This document shows, in pieces, positions 1-9,128 of a DNA stretch of 64,000 bases. Position 1 is the stretch's first letter. Every line of letters starts with the position of its first letter. The position numbers were made by a program, and so were the translations under genes. Origin of the DNA: Vitrella brassicaformis CCMP3155 (taxonomy: Eukaryota > Protista > Chromerida); NCBI GenBank assembly GCA_001179505.1, contig CDMY01000467.1, forward strand, positions 1 through 64,000, given 5' to 3'. A model generated the notes under the pieces. That model did no database searches. It had not been told where the DNA came from and saw only the letters and a list, made by a program, of their open reading frames with translations.

Positions 1-1
1 C

Positions 2-628
2 CATCAGCAACTGGTAGGCCGTACAGGTCGCCAAGGGGATCCAGGGAAATTCAGGTTCGTCCTTAGCTTAGAAGATAAAATTCTTAAACAAGCGGGTCTA
101 TACGGACTACCTATACTCTCTTCTCCATCTGAATCGAGCAACAGCAGAGTGCTCGCTAATTTGTTTTCGCAAGCTCAAGATAGAGTAGAATCTTTATTCT
201 CCAGCGTGAGACAGCAAACCTTCAAAGACCAGACCATTCTCAATTATTATAAATCTCAAATGCTGTCCGATCGACAGTCTGTAGTCTGGCATAGGTTGGC
301 AGCTAAATGGACGCTTTTGGTTTACGCCGAAAATAAGGCTGACATAATACCAGAGCGTACCTGGCTTTTACACGACTCTAGACGAACCATTACTTATCAA
401 TGGTACAGTCAAGACATGTGTGATTACCTAGAGAAGACATTGCTTTTGAACCTGCTGGATGCTTCTTGGCGTAGTTTCCAAGAAATCTTCTTATCACTCA
501 AGAAAGGACTGGTGTGGAAGACTTGGGGTAGAAAAGACTTACTGACGAGCTACATCGAAGCTTCTCAGCAATATTTGTCTTACCAAGCTAATCAGTACAA
601 GAAGGACGTGTCGCTGTGTCTGGACTAG
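2..628 (+). CDS. secA: Preprotein translocase SecA, 3' portion (gene runs in from outside the window)
   Basis: Frame 2 is open from base 2: HQQLVGRTGRQGDPGKFRFVLSLED matches SecA motif VI ([23 protein letters not shown]). It continues into track ORF 149..628 (AQDRVESLFSSVRQQ, like the SecA scaffold helix). Confidence 0.85.
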   Translation, partial: HQQLVGRTGRQGDPGKFRFVLSLEDKILKQAGLYGLPILSSPSESSNSRVLANLFSQAQDRVESLFSSVRQQTFKDQTILNYYKSQMLSDRQSVVWHRLAAKWTLLVYAENKADIIPERTWLLHDSRRTITYQWYSQDMCDYLEKTLLLNLLDASWRSFQEIFLSLKKGLVWKTWGRKDLLTSYIEASQQYLSYQANQYKKDVSLCLD

Positions 629-634
629 AAGTCT

Positions 635-707
635 TCCTCAGTAGCTCAGGGGTTAGAGCACTCGGCTGTTAACCGAGGTGTCGTTGGTTCAAATCCAGCC
701 TGGGGAG
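635..707 (+). tRNA. trnN: tRNA-Asn(GUU)
   Basis: Cloverleaf TCCTCAG...CTGGGGAG; anticodon arm CTCGG-CT GTT AA-CCGAG; TTCAAAT T-loop. Confidence 0.95.
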
Positions 708-723
708 CGTTCGGTTGCTTCAA

Positions 724-795
724 GGGCCGCTAGCTCAGCGGTAGAGCGCACCCCTGATAAGGGTAAGGTCCCTGGTTCAAACCCAGGGCGGCCCA
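724..795 (+). tRNA. trnI: tRNA-Ile(GAU)
   Basis: GGGCCGC...GCGGCCC A acceptor; anticodon loop CT GAT AA. Confidence 0.95.
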
Positions 796-806
796 ACAAG
801 AAACAA

Positions 807-880
807 GAGCCCGTAGCTCAGTGGACTAGAGCAGGTGGCTACGGACCACAAGGTCGGGGGTTCGACTCCCTCCGGGCTTA
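807..880 (+). tRNA. trnR: tRNA-Arg(ACG)
   Basis: GAGCCCG...CGGGCTT A acceptor; anticodon loop CT ACG GA. Confidence 0.95.
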
Positions 881-933
881 ATCACAAACAACGGGGATGA
901 ACCTTGTCCGTGATGAATTTTTCAGACCGGCCT

Positions 934-1659
934 CTATAAAGGCCCAGAGATACCCTGTTTACGGATCATTAAGAAGTGCGCTAGCATGAACACTGCGGCC
1001 AACAACGGTAACACAAAAGTGTGCAGGCTGTAGAACCTAGTGAGCGTCCCTTGGCCAACAGAGGCTCCCCCTCTTAGCAGCTGTACGATGAAACCGCCGA
1101 CCACAGGCAGCGCTTCCGGCACCCCTGTTACAATTTTACAGGCCCAATACCCCACTTGATCCCAAGGGAGCGAGTAACCGGTTACACCAAAGGATACCGT
1201 AATCACAGACATGATCACACCGGTGACCCAAGTCAACTCCCGCGGCTTTTTAAACCCTCCAGTTAAGTACACCCTGTACACGTGCACATTTACCATCAAT
1301 ACCATCATACTCCCAGACCAGCGATGGAGAGATCGGATTAGCCAACCAAAGTTAGCCTCATTCATAATATACTCTACTGAGCTGAACGCTTCGGTCACCG
1401 AAGGCCTGTAGTAGAAAGTCATAGCAAACCCTGTGGCCACTTGGAACAAAAACGTGGTCAGGACGATGCCTCCGAAACAGTAAAAGATGTTTACGTGAGG
1501 GGGCACGTACTTTCCAGCAATGTCGTCCACGATGGCATCGAGGTCTAGGCGATAATTAACCCACTGGTAAGGGCCCATGGGTGCCGTAGGTTTGGCGAGA
1601 CTACTAGGGTTTGTTTCTCTTAGGACGGTGAATTGAGACTTCTGAGGCTTTGATTCCAT
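934..1659 (-). CDS. petB: Cytochrome b6; canonical-length start may be the internal MGPYQW ATG near 1578
   Basis: [42 protein letters not shown]-terminus. Confidence 0.98.
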   Translation of the reverse strand: MESKPQKSQFTVLRETNPSSLAKPTAPMGPYQWVNYRLDLDAIVDDIAGKYVPPHVNIFYCFGGIVLTTFLFQVATGFAMTFYYRPSVTEAFSSVEYIMNEANFGWLIRSLHRWSGSMMVLMVNVHVYRVYLTGGFKKPRELTWVTGVIMSVITVSFGVTGYSLPWDQVGYWACKIVTGVPEALPVVGGFIVQLLRGGASVGQGTLTRFYSLHTFVLPLLAAVFMLAHFLMIRKQGISGPL

Positions 1660-1668
1660 TTTGAAGTA

Positions 1669-1697
1669 TCTATAGCGACTGTTCGTATATTTAGCAA
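1669..1697 (-). promoter_or_regulatory. Putative sigma70-type promoter for petB
   Basis: Minus strand TTGCTA (1697-1692), 17-nt spacer, TATAGA (1674-1669). Read from sequence only, no TSS data. Confidence 0.4.
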
Positions 1698-1747
1698 TAC
1701 GCTTAGCGCCACACCTCTATCTAGTTCTTTTTCGACCTGAAGAAGCA

Positions 1748-2905
1748 TTAAAGTGCATTTCCACGTGGTAAAACCTCCTCTGGGAAGATGAAGTTCTCGT
1801 GCGGCTGGTCTTGTGCAGCCATCCAGGCACGGATTCCTTCATTTAACAGAATATTTTTCGTGTAGAAAGTCTCAAACTCTGGGTCCTCGGCCGCACGAAG
1901 CTCCTGAGACACAAAGTCGTAGGCACGCAAGTTGAGAGCTAGGCCGACCATCCCGAAAGCACTTGTCCACAGCCCCGTTACTGGAACAAACAGCATAAAG
2001 AAATGAAGCCAACGCTTATTAGAAAAAGCTACGCCGAAAATTTGCGACCAAAAACGGTTTGCGGTCACCATCGAATAGGTTTCCTCGGATTGAGTTGGTG
2101 TGAACGCGCGGAAAGTATCTGCCGCATCACCATCCTGGAACAAGGTGTTCTCCACGGTAGCGCCATGGATAGCGCACAGCAGGGCCCCGCCTAAAATCCC
2201 AGCCACGCCCATCATATGGAAAGGATTAAGGGTCCAGTTGTGGAACCCTTGAAGGAAAAGTAGAAAACGGAAGATCGCTGCGACGCCAAAACTAGGAGCA
2301 AAAAACCAACTTGCTTGGCCCAAAGGATAAATTAAGAAGACGGACACGAAGATAGAGATAGGGCCTGAGAAAGCAATAGCATTGTATGGTCGGATCCCCA
2401 CCAGCCTAGCGATTTCAAACTGTCGTAAGCAGAAACCAATCAATGCAAAAGATCCGTGGAAAGCAACGAACGTCCAAAGCCCACCCAACTGGCACCAGCG
2501 CGCAAAATCACCCTGAGCCTCTGGTCCCCACAACAGCAACAGCGAGTGGCCCATGCTGTTAGCTGGGCTCGACACTGCCGCAGTCAGGAAGTTACATCCT
2601 TCTAGATAACTGCTGGCCAGGCCGTGGCTATACCAAGAGCTAACAAACGTGGTACCTGTGAACCACCCACCTAAGGCTAGATAGGCCGTTGGGAAGAGCA
2701 GTAGCCCAGACCACCCTACAAACACAAAACGGTCACGTTTTAGCCAGTCGTCAAGTAACCCGAAAGCCCCTAGCTCAGTGGACAGGCCTGCGCTGTAGCT
2801 ATAGGGGTATGACTGAGCGTAGGCGCCCGTAAACACATTATCTCCCAATCTAGATAAACCAAAAGAATTAGAATTAATAGCCATTCTGCTAACTTTTGAC
2901 CACAT
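1748..2905 (-). CDS. psbD: Photosystem II D2 protein, N-terminally extended (likely start ATG 2884 or later)
   Basis: [44 protein letters not shown]-terminus. Confidence 0.98.
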   Translation of the reverse strand: MWSKVSRMAINSNSFGLSRLGDNVFTGAYAQSYPYSYSAGLSTELGAFGLLDDWLKRDRFVFVGWSGLLLFPTAYLALGGWFTGTTFVSSWYSHGLASSYLEGCNFLTAAVSSPANSMGHSLLLLWGPEAQGDFARWCQLGGLWTFVAFHGSFALIGFCLRQFEIARLVGIRPYNAIAFSGPISIFVSVFLIYPLGQASWFFAPSFGVAAIFRFLLFLQGFHNWTLNPFHMMGVAGILGGALLCAIHGATVENTLFQDGDAADTFRAFTPTQSEETYSMVTANRFWSQIFGVAFSNKRWLHFFMLFVPVTGLWTSAFGMVGLALNLRAYDFVSQELRAAEDPEFETFYTKNILLNEGIRAWMAAQDQPHENFIFPEEVLPRGNAL

Positions 2906-2928
2906 TCGTATGGTAGCAATACAGTCCG

Positions 2929-3046
2929 ACCGGCGCCCAGCTGATCTCCCCCCAGCCTGCGCTTGGAGTACCCTGGCCGCTCTGTCCTTTCACAGCCGAG
3001 GTCGGAATGGAGTCGGAGTGTTTCGAACAGGCTAATGGCTGCCGGT
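2929..3046 (-). rRNA. rrf: 5S rRNA
   Basis: About 118 nt downstream of 23S with terminal helix ACCGGC/GCCGGT and 5S-like internal CCGACTCCATTCCGACCTCGG. Confidence 0.8.
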
Positions 3047-3092
3047 GAAAACCAGTTGACTAAACCTACTTAACCCTGCCATCACATTCCCG

Positions 3093-3464
3093 ATCCAAGT
3101 CCTCGATCTGTTAGTTCCTTTCGGCTGAACGCATTGCTGCGCTTACACCTCAGGACCATCTATCAGGTCGTCTACCTGTGACCTTACCCGCTTGCATGCG
3201 GTGAGAGCTCTCATCTTAGGGGGAACTTCCCACTTAGATGCTTTCAGCGGTTATTTCCTCCGCACATAGCTACCCAGCGCCTACCCCTGGCGGGATAACT
3301 GGCACACCAGAGGTGCGGCTCTTTCGATCCTCTCGTACTAGAAAGAGACCCTTCAGTGCTCTAACGCCCACACCGGATACGGACCGAACTGTCTCGCGAC
3401 GTTCTGAACCCAGCTCACGTGCCGCTTTCATGGGCGAACAGACCAACCCTTGGGACGTGCTACC

Positions 3465-3514
<50 letters not shown>

Positions 3515-3708
3515 AGGAACTCTAGGGGGAGATCAGCCTGTTATCCCTAGAGTAACTTTTATCCGTTGAGCGACGGCCCTACCACTCGGTACCGTCGGAT
3601 CACTAAGACCGACTTTCGTCCCTGCTCGACTCGTTAGTCTTGCAGTCAAGCCCCCTTGTGCCTTTGCACGCCCTAACCGGTTTCTGACCGGCCTGAGGAG
3701 ACCTTTGT

Positions 3709-3755
<47 letters not shown>

Positions 3756-4009
3756 ACCTGAGAGGGTACGAGGACTGGCTAACAGTGTCTTCGTGAGGGC
3801 GCCAATACCAGAAGGGTGGTATCTCAAGGTCGACTCCCCCCCTTCCGCAAAAGGGGCTTCCACATCTCCCACCTATCCTGCGCAGCTGGAACCAGCGCCC
3901 ACTCTCAAGCTGCAGTCAAGCTTCATAGGGTCTTTCTGTCCAGGTGCAGGTTGTCCGCATCTTCACAGACACTTTTATTTCACCGAGTCTCCCTCCGAGA
4001 CAGCGCCCA

Positions 4010-4107
<98 letters not shown>

Positions 4108-4140
4108 AAGAGAGCCGTGCCCGCAAGGGCGCACACCCCT

Positions 4141-4174
<34 letters not shown>

Positions 4175-4775
4175 CCATACGTCGTCTTTCAACTTAGCGG
4201 AGACCTGTGTTTTTGGTAAACAGTCGCTCGGGCCTGGTTATTTCAACCCTTTAGGCACCCCTTCTCCCGAAGTTACGGGGCCAATTTGCCGAGTTCCTTA
4301 GAGGGAGTTCTCTCGAGCCCCTTAGTATGCTCTACCCACCTACCTGTGTCGGTTTACGGTACGGGCACCAAACGTTTTGACTCACACAGGCTTTTCTTGC
4401 GGAGCAACCGAACATACCAGCTACACCACAGACTGGCTGTCCTAGTTGCTCCGGTCACCTGCGGTCACAGCAAGGTGGTGAAAGAATGTTGACTTTCTGC
4501 CCATCGACTACACCCTTGGTCTCGTCTTAGGCCCCGACTAACCCTACGTGGATGAGCCGTAGCGTAGGAAACCTTAGGTTTACGGGGCGCTGGATTCTCA
4601 CCAGCGTTTTCGCTACTCAAGCCGATATTCTCACTTCTGCCTTGTCCACTGTAAGGCTTTCGCCTCAGCTTCTACCTAACACAGAACGCTCCCCTACCGG
4701 TAGTTGTGTCAGTGCCCAACTTCCCCACAGCTTCGGCAGACCGCTTGAGTCCCCTACATTTTCGGCACAGGGATG

Positions 4776-4809
<34 letters not shown>

Positions 4810-5406
4810 ATGGCTGCTTCTAAGCCAACCTTCTGGCTGTCCTTGCGTCCCCACCACCTTTTACACTGAGCGATCATTTAGGGGCCTTAGCTGGTGGTCT
4901 GGGCTGTTGCCCTCTCGGCACTGGAGCTTATCCCCCAACGCCTGACTCATCCCATGCTTGAAAAGACTGGTATTCAGAGTTTGCCTCGATTTGGTACCGG
5001 CTAGGCCGGCCCGCACCGAAACAGTGCTTTACCCCCAGCTTCTTCATGGGTGGCTGTGCCTCAACACATTTCGGGGAGAACCAGCTAGCTCCGGATTCGT
5101 TTGGCATTTCACCCCTAACCACACCTCGTCCGATGATTTTGCCGCATCAACCGGTTCGGGCCTCCGCCTAATATTACTTAAGCTTCACCCTGGGCATGGT
5201 TAGATCATCCGGGTTCGGGTTCATGGTGGCTGACCAAATCGCCAGCAAGGCTCGCTTACACTCCGGCTCCGACTTTTATGCCTTAACCTTAGCCAGGCAC
5301 CATGACTCACCGGCTCATTCTTCAACAGGCACGCAGTCAGGCCACACATCACGGCCCTTCTACTCACTGTAGGCACAGGGTTTCATGTTCTTTTCACTCC
5401 CCTCTC

Positions 5407-5440
<34 letters not shown>

Positions 5441-5858
5441 GCACTATCGGTCACCCACGAGTATTTAGCCTGGCAAGGTGGTCCTCGCTGATTCAAACGG
5501 GCTTTCCCATGCTCCATCCTACTCGAGCAGTCACAAGCTCTGACCACTCTCATCACCCCCGCTTCTATGGAAGGTTTGTTGGCAGGCAACGCATTGTCTT
5601 TGTCGCCTTGGTCCCACCGTTTCGCTCGCCACTACTCAGGGGATCGTTGTTACTTTCTGTTCCTCTGGGTACTAAGATGGTTCAGTTCCCCAGGTTCGCT
5701 CTAGCCCCCTCTACAGGGGGTAGTTAAAGGGTTTCCCCATTCGGATACCTCCGTCTCACTGCCTCTAACCGGCTCTACGGAGCGTTTCGTCGGCTGGCAC
5801 GTCCTTCTTCGCCTGTGGGCGCCCAGGCCTCCACCCTGAGCCTCTAAGACCTTGGATC
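3093..5858 (-). rRNA. rrl: 23S rRNA
   Basis: Universal LSU motifs (sarcin-ricin loop AGTACGAGAGGA, peptidyl-transferase segments); terminal helix GATCCAAG/CTTGGATC defines the ends. Confidence 0.97.
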
Positions 5859-5906
5859 AAGATCAACCTCTAAAGGTTCGGGCTAAGTCTTCCGTACATC
5901 TGTGAT

Positions 5907-6855
5907 TCAATCCAACAAGTTAATTTGGACGACACTGGATAGCATTCTATACCTGCAGGAAGTCCATAAAAGCATCGCGACCCGAGCCACGGTTGCAACT
6001 GTGCCCAGATGCATCAGCATGGCACCATCTCCATCGATGCAGAACACTTGTCGGCTGGGCTGGCCAGTAGCGATGCCAAGAGCGATTGCGCTGGCGTGTC
6101 CCATTGACCCAACCGTGAGGAAGTCGCTGGAGTGGTCCTGCCCACGGCTTTCACGAAGTTCAAACAGTTCTCGAGAGGCCATACCAGTAGAACACACAAC
6201 CGCATCCTGCTTCTCCGTGTGCCGAGCGATCAAATCCAAGGCACTCTCGCGTGTCATGTTGTACGCGAACGGGTTGTCATCTACGATCGATTTCAAGGTG
6301 GGGGACTGGTATGGCTCGAAACACTGCCTTTTGATCAAGAACGCGTAGGGCGACGGACGGACCTTCATCGAGCGCAAGGCGCCATCCAGAGCGTGACGAG
6401 CACCTTCAATGGAGTTTGGCAAGACTTCAAACGGGACACCAACTTCGGTGAGAAGACTGGTCATTTTCTTGCCTTGCACAAGATGCTGCGGTTCGTCTTG
6501 CTTGCCCGGCTCTCCTCGCCACCCAATCATCAACAGCATGGGCAGCTCGTAGACTTCTGGGTCACACAAGGACAGCAGCGGATTGATGGCATTCCCAAAA
6601 CCAGAGTTCTGCATGTAAACCACTGGGATCTTGCGCGTGCCCAAGTAGTAGCCGGCCGCGATACCAATGGCAGCTCCTTCGTTTGCCGCCAACGTATGGT
6701 TGCCAGGAGCGGCGTGATCGTGCACAGAAGTCCTTCAGTAGCGAATCAGGCACTCCCGTGAAGAAGTCGAGACGACGTTCTGTCAGCATGTTGAAGTATT
6801 CCTTTGGCGAAAGGCCGCCGCGACTTGTCTGGTTCATTTTCTTTATTTCTTCCAT
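5907..6855 (-). pseudogene. ppd: Phosphonopyruvate decarboxylase (AepY/Ppd-like, ThDP-dependent) homologue, frameshifted near 6720 and C-terminally truncated, inside the 16S-23S spacer
   Basis: ORF 6562..6855 gives FFTGVPDSLLKDFCA. ORF 5907..6725 continues in another frame with AANEGAAIGIAAGYYL, VYMQNSGFGNAINPLLSL, IGWRGEPGKQDEPQH, DFLTVGSMGHASAIALG, FCIDGDGAMLMHLG. Homology stops after ATVA, and the NN end of the ThDP motif is absent. Confidence 0.85.
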
Positions 6856-6972
6856 TTTCCACAGATATTCTTTTTCAATCTAATCTACCATACGCAATGG
6901 CAGACACCTGAGGCCAGTCCAAAACAGATACAGGAGCTGGGTAAAGCTCCGCCTGCCCCACTACCTTCCAAT

Positions 6973-7007
6973 GATACATGTGATCCAGCAGCACCTTCCA
7001 GTACAGC

Positions 7008-7038
<31 letters not shown>

Positions 7039-7400
7039 CCCTTCCTTCACCTTCTCAACGAAAGCTTCGGGAAAGGCCAACTCCCGTGGCGTGACGGGCG
7101 GTGTGTACAAGGCTCGGGAACGTATTCACCGCCGTATTGCTGACCGGCGATTACTAGCGATTCCGGCTTCACGTGGGCGAGTTGCAGCCCACGATCCGAA
7201 GTGGGGCCGGGTTTAGGGAAACCTTCCCTCGCGGAAAGGCACAGGTGACGTGTTTCCTGCCAACCATTGACCCGACCATTGTAGCACGTGTGTAGCCCAG
7301 GGCATAAGGGGCATGATGACTTGACGTCATCCCCACCTTCCTCCAGCTCCGAACCGAAGTTCGGTATTTGGCAGTCTCTGCAGCCTAGCGGCTCCAGATG

Positions 7401-7433
<33 letters not shown>

Positions 7434-7526
7434 CCTCACGACACGAGCTGACGACAGCCGTGCACCACCTGTGTGTGCCCGTAGTGCGGAACCCCGTTAG
7501 GAGCGCGCAGGCACCATGTCAAGCCC

Positions 7527-7581
<55 letters not shown>

Positions 7582-8123
7582 AGCCCCCGTCAATTCCTTT
7601 GAGTTTCACCCTTGCAAGCGTACTCCTCAGGCGGGGCACTTATCGCGTTAGCTGGGATACTGCGCGTCCCACGCGCAGCATCGAGTGCCCATCGTTTACG
7701 GCTAGGACTACTGGGGTCTCTAATCCCATTCGCTCCCCTAGCTTTCGTCTCTCAGTGTCAGGCGCGGCCCAGTGGGGAGCTTTCGCCTCCGGCCTTCTCC
7801 CACGTATCTAAGCATTTCACTGCTCCTCGAGGGATTCCCCCCACCTCTACCGGCCTCCAGTCTGATAGTCTCCACATGCCCCACAGAGTTAAGCCCTGCG
7901 TTTGGACAGCAGACACACCAAACCACCTACAGACGCTTTACGCCCAATAAATCCGGATAACGCTTGCATCCCCCGTCTTACCGCGGCTGCTGGCACGGAG
8001 TTAGCCGATACTTGCTTCCCGGGCGGTCAGTCTTCCTGTGCCCGTGCAAAGAAGTTTACGACCGAAAGTGGCCTTCTTCCTTCACGCGGCGTCGCACTGT
8101 CAGGCTTGCGCCCATTGCAGAAG

Positions 8124-8172
<49 letters not shown>

Positions 8173-8476
8173 ATGTGGCCGGCCGCCCTCTCAGGCCAGC
8201 TACTGATCCTCGCCTTGGTAGGCCATTACCCGCACCAACTAGCTAATCAGCCGCAGGCCCATCCCCAGACACTCTAGCTAGCAGCTAGAACTTTCCAAAG
8301 CACTTCCTGCGCCTATAGGGGATTACCGAAGGTTTCCCTCCATTATACCCGTATCTGGGGGCAGGTGCCCACGTGTTACTCACCCGTACGCCATGGGGCC
8401 GAAGCCCCATACGACTTGCATGTGTTAGGCACGCCGACTCGCGTTCATCCTGAGCCAGGATCAAACTCGCACTAAA
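6973..8476 (-). rRNA. rrs: 16S rRNA
   Basis: GAGTTTGATCCTGGCTCAG near the 5' end, GTGCCAGCAGCCGCGG, GTCGTAACAAGG, GGATCA near the 3' end. Confidence 0.97.
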
Positions 8477-8572
8477 ACTTTCCCGAAACAGGCTAGAACC
8501 GTCTGAAGCCGGAACTTCTCTTTTCATCTCTACCATCTATACGCTGTAGCAATACGTCGTCGTGTTGTTTTT

Positions 8573-8648
8573 GAGCGGGGAGTGGGGTCGAACCACTGAC
8601 CTCCGGGTCATGAGCCCGATGAGCTGTACCGCGCTGCTCTACCCCGCC
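8573..8648 (-). tRNA. trnfM: tRNA-fMet(CAU), initiator type
   Basis: Anticodon arm TCGGG-CT CAT GA-CCCGG with three consecutive G-C pairs; weak G1.U72 pair. Confidence 0.88.
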
Positions 8649-8662
8649 GGAAAGCCGCGAGG

Positions 8663-8881
8663 GGGCACTACTAACCTGCGTTAGTTTGTCCCTTTACCCT
8701 AATCTGGGACAGGTAGGGCGAGAGGGAGGGTTGGGCCCCAGGTGGGATTTCAACCCCAACTGCAACTATAGAAACCATGGGCTCTAACCTCATGGCTGTT
8801 CTTCTTACACCCTCCTTCACCATGCAGAACTTTTTCCATCGTTTGGCTAGCAAGCTAACGGCCTTTGAGGCAACTAGACCC
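8663..8881 (-). ncRNA. Candidate highly reduced RNase P RNA
   Basis: Manual fold on the minus strand gives P1, P2, P3, a P4 pseudoknot with bulged U, P5 and P7 in canonical order, plus motifs resembling CR-I, CR-IV and CR-V. No covariance-model search was possible. Confidence 0.5.
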
Positions 8882-8884
8882 GAA

Positions 8885-8957
8885 GGGGGCATAGCTCAGT
8901 TGGTAGAGCGCGGCCTTTGCAAGGCTGAGGTCAGGGGTTCGAATCCCCTTGCCTCCA
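8885..8957 (+). tRNA. trnA: tRNA-Ala(UGC)
   Basis: GGGGGCA...TGCCTCC A with G3.U70; anticodon loop TT TGC AA. Confidence 0.95.
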
Positions 8958-8966
8958 CACTTACAG

Positions 8967-9038
8967 GGGTTGGTAACTCAACGGCAGAGTACTCGGCTTT
9001 TAACCGAACGGTTCTGGGTTCGAATCCCAGCCAACTCA
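8967..9038 (+). tRNA. trnK: tRNA-Lys(UUU)
   Basis: GGGTTGG...CCAACTC A; anticodon loop CT TTT AA. Confidence 0.95.
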
Positions 9039-9128
9039 AACCCAACACTTAAACACTTAGGGGCACCGAAGACAAAACGGAGGGCAAGGGGGTTTGGTTT
9101 AGCAAGGTTCTATTCTAGCCTCTAGCCA

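Noticed and set aside
678-881. Short ORFs overlapping tRNA clusters (678..881, 8777..9052, 11785..12119, 37840..38257, 63280..63570)
   Set aside because: Fully explained by tRNA genes or the candidate ncRNA; no protein motifs.
1260-1320. Odd residues at conserved sites (PetB MVNVH, PsaA FLGSFW) as possible RNA-editing sites
   Set aside because: Restoring the consensus needs inconsistent change types, not simple C-to-U, so this cannot be supported without cDNA.
5898-6866. 7-bp inverted repeat ATCTGTG/CACAGAT flanking ppd
   Set aside because: A 7-bp match between flanks of about 50 and 120 nt is expected by chance roughly one time in three, and no target-site duplication or transposase is present.
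5902-6883. Plus-strand ORFs of 148, 209 and 66 aa antisense to ppd
   Set aside because: Antisense shadows of a GC-rich coding region with no recognisable motifs.
3238-8536. Many 60-140 aa ORFs on both strands across the rRNA operon
   Set aside because: They overlap 16S/23S rRNA and are chance open frames in GC-rich structural RNA.
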